Source: Ylistrum balloti
Lineage: Eukaryota
Length of the DNA: 64,000 nucleotides
Reading direction: 5' to 3'
NCBI RefSeq assembly: GCF_031769215.1
Contig: NW_026782315.1
Coordinates: forward strand, 372,001-436,000
Below are positions 24,611-35,663 of this stretch, in pieces. The notes beneath the pieces were generated by a model that worked only from the letters and a program-made list of their open reading frames with translations, did not search any database and was not told the DNA's origin. Position numbers and translations under genes: made by a program. Position 1 is the first letter of the stretch. The number at the start of each line of letters is the position of its first letter.

Positions 24611-26199
24611 AATGTCGATACTCAATGATATGAGATAAAACAGTCTACTATAACACCAGTGTGGATATCTACAGTAATTCTATTGACGATACTCATTGAT
24701 GTTTTGTAGAAAAATGACTTGGTTGTACATGTGGTGATGTTGATACACATTATATTGGTTGGAGTCTTATGGACTGGATACCTGTTACTGTTTTATTTGG
24801 ATCTGTCATGGAAGAACCTGGAATCCATCATCTCATTAACACCCAATTTCAAACATCTGTTAATAATAGTCCAATCACAATCGTATCTGTTTACTGTGGT
24901 AGACAGTGACCTGAATACCACCTCTCTCATAACTTCAGTCTGTGTTGGATTTCGCTACCAAAAGATATTTATTAACTTTGTGTACATGTGTAATGTAAAT
25001 TTACCTTTGCGCTGCCTCATACTATACGAAGCATACCAGAAAAAATTACTTTCATAAGGCTATGAATGCCAAAAATTTACGAATCATTTGGTACAATTTT
25101 TTTATGTGCGTAGTGATTCGGACTACCTTTTTGGGGAAATCCTCTAACTATCACTAGTCTTTAGCATTGCCCAGAAATATGATAAAAATAAGTAATGCAT
25201 GACAAAAATTCTTTTTTCAAATGTTTAAAAATTGCATCAAATTAAAAGTACACAAAGTTAAAGAATCAGTTTTTGTGTGTTTATTGCATAAGAACAACAA
25301 AATATCATCACTTCTATCTTCCACTTGAACATCTCTCATGACTCCGAGCAAAAAAAACCTTTGCTAGTGAACAGATATAGCACTTTCAGGATCCCTTACC
25401 TGTGTATAATGGTAGAGGATGGATTTGGTGAGGATGAAATAAGTTTAGATGATGATATACTGTTAGGCAATTTACATTAAGCTAGACTTCTGACAAATAA
25501 TGTGTTTCATGGATGTGACGCACATATTTGAGCTGGTTCCAATTGGCTAGGGGAGCTGCATCACTACAGTTGTCAAACGTGACATTGAGCAGTAAGAATG
25601 ATATTGATGATCAGGGTTAATTTCTGATGTTTTCATTGTGTATGTGTTTATCTTTAATTGTTCTAAATGAAAATGAACAAAATATTCAATAGAACCAATG
25701 TAAAATGGTGTATAGTTAAATTTTCTCACACAGACTATATTTCTTATTGTTGTGTGTTTTTTACAATCACCATGTGACTTCGAGCTTATTCCCGGCGAAA
25801 GCTGTCCTTTCTGTGCTGCTTTCCCCCTTGGTGAAAATTGATTTTTGTGCAAAAATATTTTAATATTTTAAAGTAAAACCAAAAATAAGATAAGTAAGTC
25901 GTATAGATAAAAATATATGAATATAAAGTGGGCTTCATGTCAAATATGAATGTAACTGCGTTCATAGCACCATGAAATTAAAAAAAACTTATATCCAATC
26001 CATATATACTTTTCAGGTGATGTTTAAGGAAACTGGAATTTAGTTTGATATTAATTATCACTTCAAAGGTTGTATTTACTGTACAGTAATTATATATATT
26101 ATTCAAAACATTGTTACATTACGTTTGAATAATGTGTAATGCCGCTGTTTTGACTTCCTGGCAACCTGTTCTATGTCCTGGGATTTCTGGGTATGAATG

Positions 26200-26380
26200 A
26201 GTTGAGGTTTTATGTCTATGTAGCCAGTGGGGAAAGGATCACTGTGTATGTCTTGATTGACAGGACCAGAAGTGTGAATCACCTTGTGCTTTAAGTTGTT
26301 GTAGAAGAGACTGGAGTGTTCATTGAAAATAGCTATCCACCTTCAGTTCATCACATGTTTCTGTCATAAAACTTCTGCCC
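26200..26380 (-). mobile_element. Degenerate mollusc-type SINE fragment
   Basis: GACTGGAGTGTTCATTGAAAATAGCTATCCACC resembles the reverse-strand SINE core GCCGGAGTACCCGGAGAAAACCACC; heavily diverged. Confidence 0.35.
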
Positions 26381-28689
26381 GTTAATTACCAACAACACTC
26401 CTTTTGCCTCGTTGCCAAATTTTTCACTAAAGTGTCGAGGAAAAATTTTGTTATTCAAGCCTGGGAGATTTTACATTTTTTGCCTTTGTGTATTGAGAGT
26501 TACTTCCCTTCGTTCATATTTCACTTTGCCCAGTTGACAGAATTGTTTGTAGCATTTGAGGTTTGTTGAAATGTAAACAAGCACACATTTATCTATAATT
26601 ATTGATAAAAATCATCAGGTGTCACTAAATAGCCTTTAGTTTGTTCAGAGTTATATCAAGATGTTCAGATATTCCATGATCTCACACCAGCATTAAAAAG
26701 CAAATAAATAGATTTCTCAGGAACAGTTTGAATAGTTGAAGTCTCTCATCTCAGTGTTGAAATATTGGTTGATGGTTTTGTAGAAGTATTTTAATTTACT
26801 GCAGTCAGTGAATGTGTGTAATAGATATATATGTGATGGGATCCTGATTTGTAATGTTCTCCTAATTACTGAAGTCACCATCTCGGAGGGTACAAAATCA
26901 TCAAACTCAGTTGTGTTGTATAAAGCGTTACATCGATTGAGTATTTGAAAAAGTTTGAAATAGTCATGTATTGATTTTGTTGCAAGTGAAGTATTTATTG
27001 CAACTTTGCAGGTTTTCATTGTTCTTCGTGTGGTTGTAACATGTAGATAAGCAAAATATTTCATGTAATATCAAAATTTTTAGGAAAAGGATAATGATCA
27101 GTCCTTCAGGGTAGATATAACAAAGTTTGATGTGGTGGTACATAATCATATAAAAAAGTTCCACTTCAATGTGTCTCTCTTCTCAAAGTATTTTGACTTC
27201 ATGATAATTGTCTTCTTTTAGTATAGACCTGGTACATTAAATAGACATTGTACATGTATTATATTAGTCACTTGGAATACCAGCAGACAGGATGAAAAGA
27301 TGCTTTTTGATTGTTAAGACTGGATGACAAACTTAAAAAAAGAAAAAAAAATAGCTTGAGGTGCTCAGCTGTGAAACAATTCTTCTGTCAATGGTGTGGT
27401 TTACATCATATAGGCATGCTTTTATGTCAAAGTCGTCGCATTTTTTTGTAGCTTAAGAAACCGTAATAAAATCAGGAAGTAGTTCACCTATATAATTACA
27501 TACCTATTTTCCTGATCTGAGGCTTGATAGCTATAGTACACTTGTCTGTTCTAACCTGTGGATGTTTATTTGGTGCTAGTATAGAGGAAATAATCTTCTT
27601 TTTATGTGTGTGAAAATGTAACTGGTAATCAGGACTCGATATTGTATGGTGTATTCTTATAAAGAGATGTATAAGTACAGTGGTAGATTGCCTCATACTA
27701 CAACATTTGTGACACACCTTGTTCCCTATAATGCAGTATTTTCATCGGGACTAATAAGATGGAGAACCATCGGCAGGTGAGATATATCTCCGTTTTGTAC
27801 CCTGTTTTACTTCTCTGCTGTAAAGCTAGGCCAGCTGGTCAGCCATATACCTTTCAGGGCATCTCCTGGTCTACCACACCTCCACTCCCTTTACACCACA
27901 TACATCAGATTATTGAAGATGATAAATACATCATAATGTACAAAAGTATATATATATATGTGTGTTGTAAGGGTGAGTGGATATGTATGTGTCTTGATAT
28001 AAGTGATCTACATTGAGTACAAGGCAACAGTATATTTAGGACTGATAGATCAGGGATCATGAAAGGGATAAAGGTTTAGTAAGATGTAGCTTATTGTTCT
28101 GGCAGGAAATACTTGTAGCAAATAACAGCTGTACTTTGTCTGATATGTTCCTTGTGTTTCACGGGAGGATATATAGGGGAACAATCAATGTATTTTTATT
28201 TTACACAGCCATTTTAACAAGGAATGTTCTCTGGTAGTAAATCACTTGACTTCTTTGAAAAGTTAAGTGATATAGGAGAGAATAATGAAAAACAGTTAAA
28301 AAAAGATGTAAAAAAACATGAACCTGATTACTCCTTCAGCATTAAATGTTAATTGTATACTAGAACATATTTCTGTTGCGTTTTGTGTATAAGAATCTAT
28401 CCATGCTTTTTCTGTAGCATCTTAAGAATTATTGATAATATCAGAGGTGAGATAACATTTATGATTGGCTCTCTGTATTGCTATCAAAGGTCAATGGACT
28501 ATCTTTTCTATCTAAAACAAAGAAGTACAAACTCAAAGATATGGATGTACAGATATGTAATGCAGAAATATCAATAATACATGTATTATCTAAAGTATTT
28601 ACTCCATATCTGGATTTCATTATCAGACATGTAGAGTTATCATTATGACTAAAGTAAACTATTGTTATGATGGTGATTTTTGCACGGGT

Positions 28690-29325
28690 GTTTGTAGATT
28701 TTACTTCAGGAAACTAATGATAGATTTTACTTCAGAAAACTACTGATAGATTTCACTTGAGGAAACTGTTCATATGATGTTGATTCTTATACAGGTGTTT
28801 GTAGATTGTACTTCAGGAAACTAATGATAGATTTTACTTCAGAAAACTACTGATAGATTTCACTTGAGGAAACTGTTCATATGATGTTGATTCTTATACA
28901 GGTGTTTGTAGATTTTACTTCAGGAAACTAATGATAGATTTTACTTAAGGAAACTAATGATAGATTTTACTTAAGGAAACTAATGATAGATTTTACTTCA
29001 GGAAACTAATGATAGATTTTACTTAAGGAAACTAATGATAGATTTTACTTACGGAAACTAATGATAGATTTTACTTCAGGAAACTAATGATAGATTTTAC
29101 TTACGGAAACTAATGATAGATTTTACTTAAGGAAACTAATGATAGATTTTACTTACGGAAACTAATGATAGATTTTACTTAAGGAAACTTTTGATATGAT
29201 GGTGATTTTTACACGGGTGTTTGTAGATTTTACTTCAGGAAACCAATGATAAATTTTACTTAAGGAAACTGTTGATATGGTGGTGATTTTTACACGGGTG
29301 TTTGAAGATTTTACTTCAGGAAAGA
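28690..29325. repeat. Minisatellite, 26-bp unit (AGGAAACTAATGATAGATTTTACTTC/A), with a ~105-bp higher-order duplication at its 5' side
   Basis: Period 26 (28922, 28948, ...) read directly. Confidence 0.92.
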
Positions 29326-29396
29326 TTGTTGGTCATGAATCTTACAAGTTTTTCTCTTTGGTTAGTGGTAGAGATAATTTTCCTTTTTGATATATA

Positions 29397-30430
29397 CCAT
29401 ATTTTCCTGAATATAAGTGGCAACTTTTTTCCCTTGTGAGTAGGACGTGTGGCTCATATATTGGTGCAGCTTTATGTAGAGGAAAAATAAAATCGTAGGA
29501 TGAAAATAGAATTAAAAAAACCAGGAAGCATAGCAGTGAAAAGGTGGGAGATGGTACGGAGTTTTTATACAAGTACCTGCCCATCACATGTTTGACAGAA
29601 ACAGATAGTCTAGAACCATCAATTGCAATTGTATCAGGATGATTTGAAGATTGAAATAAAAATAAGATTCTCTTAGATTTAAACAATCGTACCTTTTAAT
29701 ATGAATCACAATAATACCATATCAGAAGGTTACAATAGCCTTTTGCATTCTGGCATCAATAGGTCATCGGGTTAAAGGTCAAATTTTAGAATGACCCACA
29801 TGCATGTTTTTGATATGAATGACATTGTGTAAGTAACAAGAAGAAATAATACGGGACTATAAGAATTTGGTTAGCATGCAAGGACCTTCGTTAATAGTTA
29901 ACAGTACAGACATTGATGGAGAGATTGTTTAGTAAACCATACATAACGTCAGGCCCTATATCTGTGTGTAGACAATCTGTGAAGGCAACTGAGTTTGATG
30001 TTTGCTATTTTATGTTCTTTGAAATATGTCAGTAAAATGTAAGATTATTTGTTTATAATTCATTTGCAATCTTTACTACATGTTTCACTGACGATCTTGA
30101 TAAATTGGCTTCTGTTGTCTGTTATATCAACAAACTTCGGTCAACAAAACGGTTACCACATGGTAAGAAAGGGTGCGGCATATTTTCAATGACCAGCATG
30201 ATTTAAAAATACAACCATAAAATAAATGATTATTTGTGCAAAATCCATCAGTAAAATTTATTAAATGTCGCACAGATTATCCTGATGAACTACCTACCAT
30301 TATCTGTTAACATTACATCAAACATCAACAGTAGTTGTCACCATATCGTTAAAAATGGTGTGGCTTATATGTGGATCAAATAGAAAAAAAATGGCCAAAA
30401 ATTTTAAATCTGCCACAGAAAATGTTGTCA
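29397..30430. mobile_element. Non-autonomous pogo/Tc2-like element, copy A (no nested insertion)
   Basis: Starts TA|CCATATTTTCCTGAATATAAGTGGCAAC, a pogo/Tc2-type TIR. The body aligns by eye with 33013-33594 plus 34566-34766. The right end is degraded. Confidence 0.7.
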
Positions 30431-33400
30431 TATACATTTCTTAACTGTTAGTTATGATATGGTTGTGTGTAGATTAGTGCATGGTATCTTTTTTGAAATG
30501 CTACCGTTCTGGTCTGTATTTCCTGACTGTTATTGATGCTAAGACCTCTCTCTGTTTTTAATGCAGCATCAGGTCATGACATCTTGCCATAAAGCTGATG
30601 GCAGCATGCCAAATGTAAAAACTTTTCAATCAATAGTCAGTACTTGTCAAGTTTTCGGGTGTGAATTGACATTTTCTTAAATCGTTCTGCTGTCATTTTA
30701 CATACAGAAGTTAAAGAGCAATCAATAAAACTTCCCTTTTATCGTGTATGTTGGTGTTGGAATTGATTTCAAATGGTTCAAGTTTGTCATGATATACCCA
30801 GGGTAGAGATTTCATAAAAAGAAATCTTTGACATTTCAAGCATTTTCATGTATATGATCATTGATTTCTACAAATTGACTACAAGCACTAGCTTGGCAAA
30901 TGGTTGTTCATAGTGATATAACAAGATACCACATTTAATGTAAAATGAAGCTTGGAATTCTAAGAATGGCATGAATATTGATTATCTTCATTTTTAATTT
31001 GTTTTTATATATAGAATATTAAATACATTTCATTTGAAATTTTATGAATCTAGTCTGAAAAGTTTTCATTTTTGTGTGCATTTTGTCTGCATGTTCACAA
31101 ATCTAGAAAGGTCTCTTCCATGTCTTTTTCAGCTGTCATTTATGATATTTTTCCCATGGTCACTGAAGTTGGTGGATTTCTTGGCATGGGTTATAATTTG
31201 AATTCTTTACCCTTAACTGGGCCTGAGATGCTACTTTTTAGGAAGAATTTGAAACAAGTGGTAGTTACTGGTAATGCAGATTGGATTGTCTCCTATGTGT
31301 AGGTACTTATCCCATCTACATATAATCAATATACTGACTTGTGTATATATATTTGGTCATATATATAGTAGTGTGGATGGAGGGAGATTGATTCTACAGA
31401 TCAAGGATAGCTGGAACTTGTTCTAGGACTAGAAAACATCCTTGTCTGTAAGGTTTCTATAAATATCAACTCCATCTGACTACTGCTGGTGAATCATAAA
31501 AATGCAGGCAATCAATTCTCTTAACATATGATAAAGATATTTCAGGCCAGTTTAAGCTAATTTCACGCCTGATAAATCCTCCTTTAAAATTATTTTTGAA
31601 AGGTATGTCCTTATTTCCTTTATTAAGAAAATTATCTTAGAACTGTAGCAAGACAGTGATAAAATATGTCTCACTTGACGTTTTATGGGAATGGAGGAAA
31701 CTTATGGTCTAGAAAATGCAGTACCATCCCTAAAATTACGAAAAATGTCTGAAATTTGATATGTTTAAATTTTGTTTTGAAATTGAAACATAACATTGAA
31801 CTTAACCAAAATGTAACTGTAACAGATCAAAAGATACATGGGCTCTTCATGCAGACTGATCTCTATTCCACTTTCAGACGCCCCCTCCTCTCCCCCACCT
31901 TTCACTAATAAATCACTAGAGACCATCTTGTTCTTCCTCAGACTCATATGGACATGTCTCCTTAACGAAACTTGTTCTATCCCCTATGACCATTCCATTT
32001 ACCCCAGTGTCCTTGCTCACATTTTGTGTAGGAGAAAGCTTCGCCAGGAATCAATATAGAGGTTTACTAGCCCAGGGTCTGTATGTGCTGGTTTGTCTTG
32101 ATCATGTCACTGTTATCGCTTAGTTGCTGTTAAACCTCCTCTCACCAGTGGTCCTTGATGTCTGTTACAAAAAGCATGTATTATGTACTAGCATCATAAC
32201 ACCAGATATAATATTATGAATCTTGTTAGGTTAATATGACCTTGACATGAAGTCTTTTCTTTTTCAAAAACAACAGATTGATTCAACAATTTTTGAAAAG
32301 AGATAATTTATTGACATTTCTTTTTCTGAAAATCTGTCTGGAGATCATTATTATTATTTTTCATATAATCAGTGGATCTCTCTGGAACTTTTTATCATCA
32401 CAACTTCTCGACCTTAGTATTTTGTATTTAGAGGAATTGTTGCCCATTCTTTCTCTCAAGATCATCTCTTCTCCCAATTTGAAATCATTCTGTTTAACAC
32501 TGATTCAGCATTTCCTTTTGATTCAGTGTTTGTTCTTTCATGTGTCATTAGCTTCAGAAACTTTGAGCCCACCATCTTCATCGTCGTCGTTGATGTTGTC
32601 ATCGTTATCATCATCATAATCATCAGATGGTTGGCTGTTCAAATCATGCATGGTCAGTCATCTATAGATTTCCTTTGGTCTTTGATTGTGGCCTTTTGAT
32701 TTTGGTACTGATCAGAGAAACAAAATGGCAGAATGATGGCCATCTTTGATTTTGATTATAAAAGATTTTGTAAGTACTTGATGGATCTTTCTCAGATTTC
32801 ATTTGTAGGTTACCCTTGGTCTTTAGTAGTTCACTGATTTTTGACTGGTCAAAAAAGGAAAATGGCAGACTGGTGGCCATCTTGGAAATTGTCTTCACTG
32901 TTTCTTAGAAATTATTAGAAACAGAGAGTAAAACCTGTCATAAGGGACACCTTTATTTAGCAGACATCCTCCTATAATGGACACATTGTCTAGGTCCCAA
33001 TTTACATTACTACCATATTTTCCATATAAGTTGCACTTTTTTTCTTCGCGAGTCAGGAGTGTGACTTATATATAACATTGCAGTTTAGTTGTGGATGAAA
33101 TAAAAATCGGAAGGATGAAGAAAAAATCCAGGAAGCGTATCGTACACCAGTACAAGACAGTACTGAGGGTTTTGTATAAGTACCTGCCTGTCACATGTTT
33201 GTGACTGAAACACATAGATTGCAATCATACACAGGATGATGTGAAGACTGTGATAAAAGTAACGTTCTTGTGGATTTGATTAATCATACCTTTTAATATG
33301 GATCGCAATAATTCAATAGCCTTTTGCATCCTGGGATCGATAGGTCCAATTTTAGAACAACCGCCATTCTTGTTTATTTTATGAATGGCTTCGTGTAACT

Positions 33401-33679
33401 TACAAGAATAAATAATATGGAACTATAAAGAATTTGGTCATCATGCAAGGGCCTTCGTTAATATTTAACGATACAGACACCCATGGAGAGATTGTTTAGT
33501 AAACCATAGGCAATCTGTGAAGGCACCAAAGCCAAATGAGTTCGATATTTGCTATTTTTACATTTTTTGAAATACATCAATAAAATAAAGGTTATACGGT
33601 ATTCGATCCAATAAGTGCCCAGGGCGCTTAAAAAATTGCAATTAAGAGGGGGCTTATTAGAGACCGTCTTAGATTTAAA

Positions 33680-33901
33680 AGAAACTTTCTGTCTCCTTTT
33701 TGAGGTGTTTTGTAAAGAGGTTTTCAATTCACTCTATTTTTGTCTCCAATCGCGAATTCGCTTCCTATCTATACCGTACGGCTTTGATGCTTTACTGTTT
33801 CTCCATTCCTTGACAAACTCCATAACTTTTAACTTGAAAGAAATTTCATACGACTTGATTCGGCCCTTTTTGTGAGGTTGTGATGTGTCTGTGGTCGCCA
33901 T
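33680..33901 (-). pseudogene. N-terminal Brinker DNA-binding domain of a pogo-family transposase; one in-frame stop, truncated
   Basis: MATTDTSQPHKKGRIKSYEISFKLKVMEFVKEWRNSKASKPYGIDRKRIRDWRQK*SELKTSLQNTSKRRQKV matches the BrkDBD pattern RxSYxxxFKLKV.E.......A...G.D.K..RDWR. Confidence 0.8.
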
Positions 33902-34257
33902 AATTTCAGTGTCAACCTCTATGTAACAAGGTGCACTCTGTCATTATGTGGTCCTCGATAAATTGTTTCAGATCATCTTAACATGATGATTAAGATATAA
34001 AATTCCATTCATACTTGCCTGTTTTAGCACAACTCTTTTATTTGTCATTTGATATCTAACTGCTTCATTTGTTTCTGTCAGATACTCTATCACACATCAA
34101 AATATCATTTCTTAATCTGCTGTATCAATGGCTATCTTACCTGTTAAGTAATAATGGACTAAGCCTATTCAGTCATCGTTACTGTGGCTGAGCGCGCGAC
34201 ACCAAGGTACACAAGGTAAAGGTCATCTACCACGTGGTTTAGGAATGTGTGCAAAAA

Positions 34258-34534
34258 ATGTCTTTTATGTATGAATATTCGACTGTGGTCAGGGGATATC
34301 ATGTTTATAGAGAATGTTGGAAACCATTCATAGGACAGTGCCTTGATACAGTTATTGAGCATAATAATCCGTTTGACAAGTTTTCAATCAGAGTTGTGAA
34401 AGAAGGGAAAACAGTGGGTTACATTCCAAGTGAACTATCAAAAACAGTTAATATTTTTATCAGACAGGGTGGGAAAATTGTGGGTAGTTACAGAGGACAC
34501 TTATCGACATTCCTCTGTTGCTGGTGGACTTGAG
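34258..34534 (+). pseudogene. Stand-alone HIRAN-like domain gene, frameshifted near 34482 and truncated
   Basis: STVVRGYHVYRECWKPFIGQCLDTVIEHNNPFDKFSIRVVKEGKTVGYIPSELSKTVNIFIRQGGKIV, then in the shifted frame VVTEDTYRHSSVAGGLE. This fits the invertebrate HIRAN-like pattern VRGYHVY..W.P..G......E..N..D..A..V......VGH.P..LS......GG......GGLEIPC. Confidence 0.82.
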
Positions 34535-35663
34535 AGGGGGGGGGGCTTATTGGGGTTGAATACGATATGTTTATAATTCATTTGTAATGTTTATTTAATG
34601 TTTCACTGATGATCTTGATAAATTGCCCTCTTCTGCTTTGTTAACAAACCTTTAGTCAATGTAACTAGGAAGGGTGCAGCTTCAGTTTCTGTGCTGCTTA
34701 TATGTGGATCAACTTGAAAAAATCGTTGAAAACTGGCCTAGCAGCATAGAACCTGGAAAATATGTGTATAACACTAGAAGTGTCCATTTCTAGTAAGCGA
34801 ACACCTATCGTATCCTGAAAACATGCAGCCGTGTGGGCCCCAACATACATAATTTCTTTATGAAAGATCTTGAATTAGCGGACAGTCATTATATGATCAA
34901 TTTTTATTGCCAATGGCAATCGCCTCTCTCACCTTCTGTAGAGAACATCACTAATATTATCATGTGACGCATGTTCAAGCGACAAGCTGTCCAGGTATAA
35001 TTAACACCTTTTGACTTTAATAAATAAACTTTAACTGTGATTACTATTTATTCATCTCACAACACATGGCATATCAATGCCCTGTGAGTTATTTGGTCAG
35101 TGTGATATTAGCCGTCATGACATCAAAAGTTAAATTGATTCAAGAAGCTGAAAAAACTGGTTGTCTGAACTCGTTGCATTTATCAGGCAAACGACAGTAA
35201 AGCTGTTAATTAACGAGGCAGAATCTATGGAAGAATTTATAAACTTTGATAACGATCTGGGAGTTATCTTTCTTGAAAGAATTCAAAGGCCAGAGCTATG
35301 CAGATGGATATGATAGTGATGAGGATGTTTATGTGAATAACAACGACAACACAGAACGAAAAACATCTAACAAAATCTCATCTAATAAAGATGGATTAGA
35401 ACATGCATTTAAACCAAGACATTATGGACTTGAGACTGCCTATCAGATTGTCGTAAAACATGCGAACCATGTAAAAGAAAGGACAGAAGTGACAGAGCAT
35501 CTTTATTTTAATACTTGGCAGCTGCTGGACATTTGTAATTAACTTTTGTAGCGCTTTTTAATAAGTGTTTTCATTTCATTTATGCAGTCTATGTATTATA
35601 AATCAGTATTATATCATGCTACAGAGCCAAGAGACTTGATCAGATCTATTAATAAATGATATT

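Larger units (their letters stand above)
33597..34565. mobile_element. 969-bp pogo-type TIR element nested in copy B, carrying divergent Brinker-DBD transposase and HIRAN-like gene remnants
   Basis: TA|CGGTATTCGATCCAATAAGTGCCC ... GGGCTTATTGGGGTTGAATACGA|TA (imperfect TIRs, TA on both sides). The segment is absent from copy A at the homologous position near 30050. Confidence 0.8.
33013..34766. mobile_element. Non-autonomous pogo/Tc2-like element, copy B (contains a nested insertion)
   Basis: TA|CCATATTTTCCATATAAGTTGCAC at the left and GGAAAATATGTG|TA at the right; homologous to copy A. Confidence 0.72.
32926..35600 (+). mobile_element. Decayed Tigger-like element (outermost layer of the nest); boundaries approximate
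   Basis: Left end AGTAAAACCTGTCATAAGGGACACC, interrupted at 33013 and resuming after 34768. Remnant peptides MTSKVKLIQEAEK (35117, psq/CENP-B HTH-like) and MEEFINFDNDL...GYDSDED (Tigger C-terminal acidic region-like). The right TIR was not found. Confidence 0.4.

Noticed and set aside
32278-32619. 113-aa Leu/Ser/Phe-rich plus-strand ORF
   Set aside because: It is the antisense shadow of a purine-rich minus-strand tract; no splice or homology support.
35246-35542. 98-aa ORF as an SRPK alternative exon or independent gene
   Set aside because: It starts at a non-ATG codon, has no in-phase donor, and adjoins Tigger-like remnants; treated as transposon debris.
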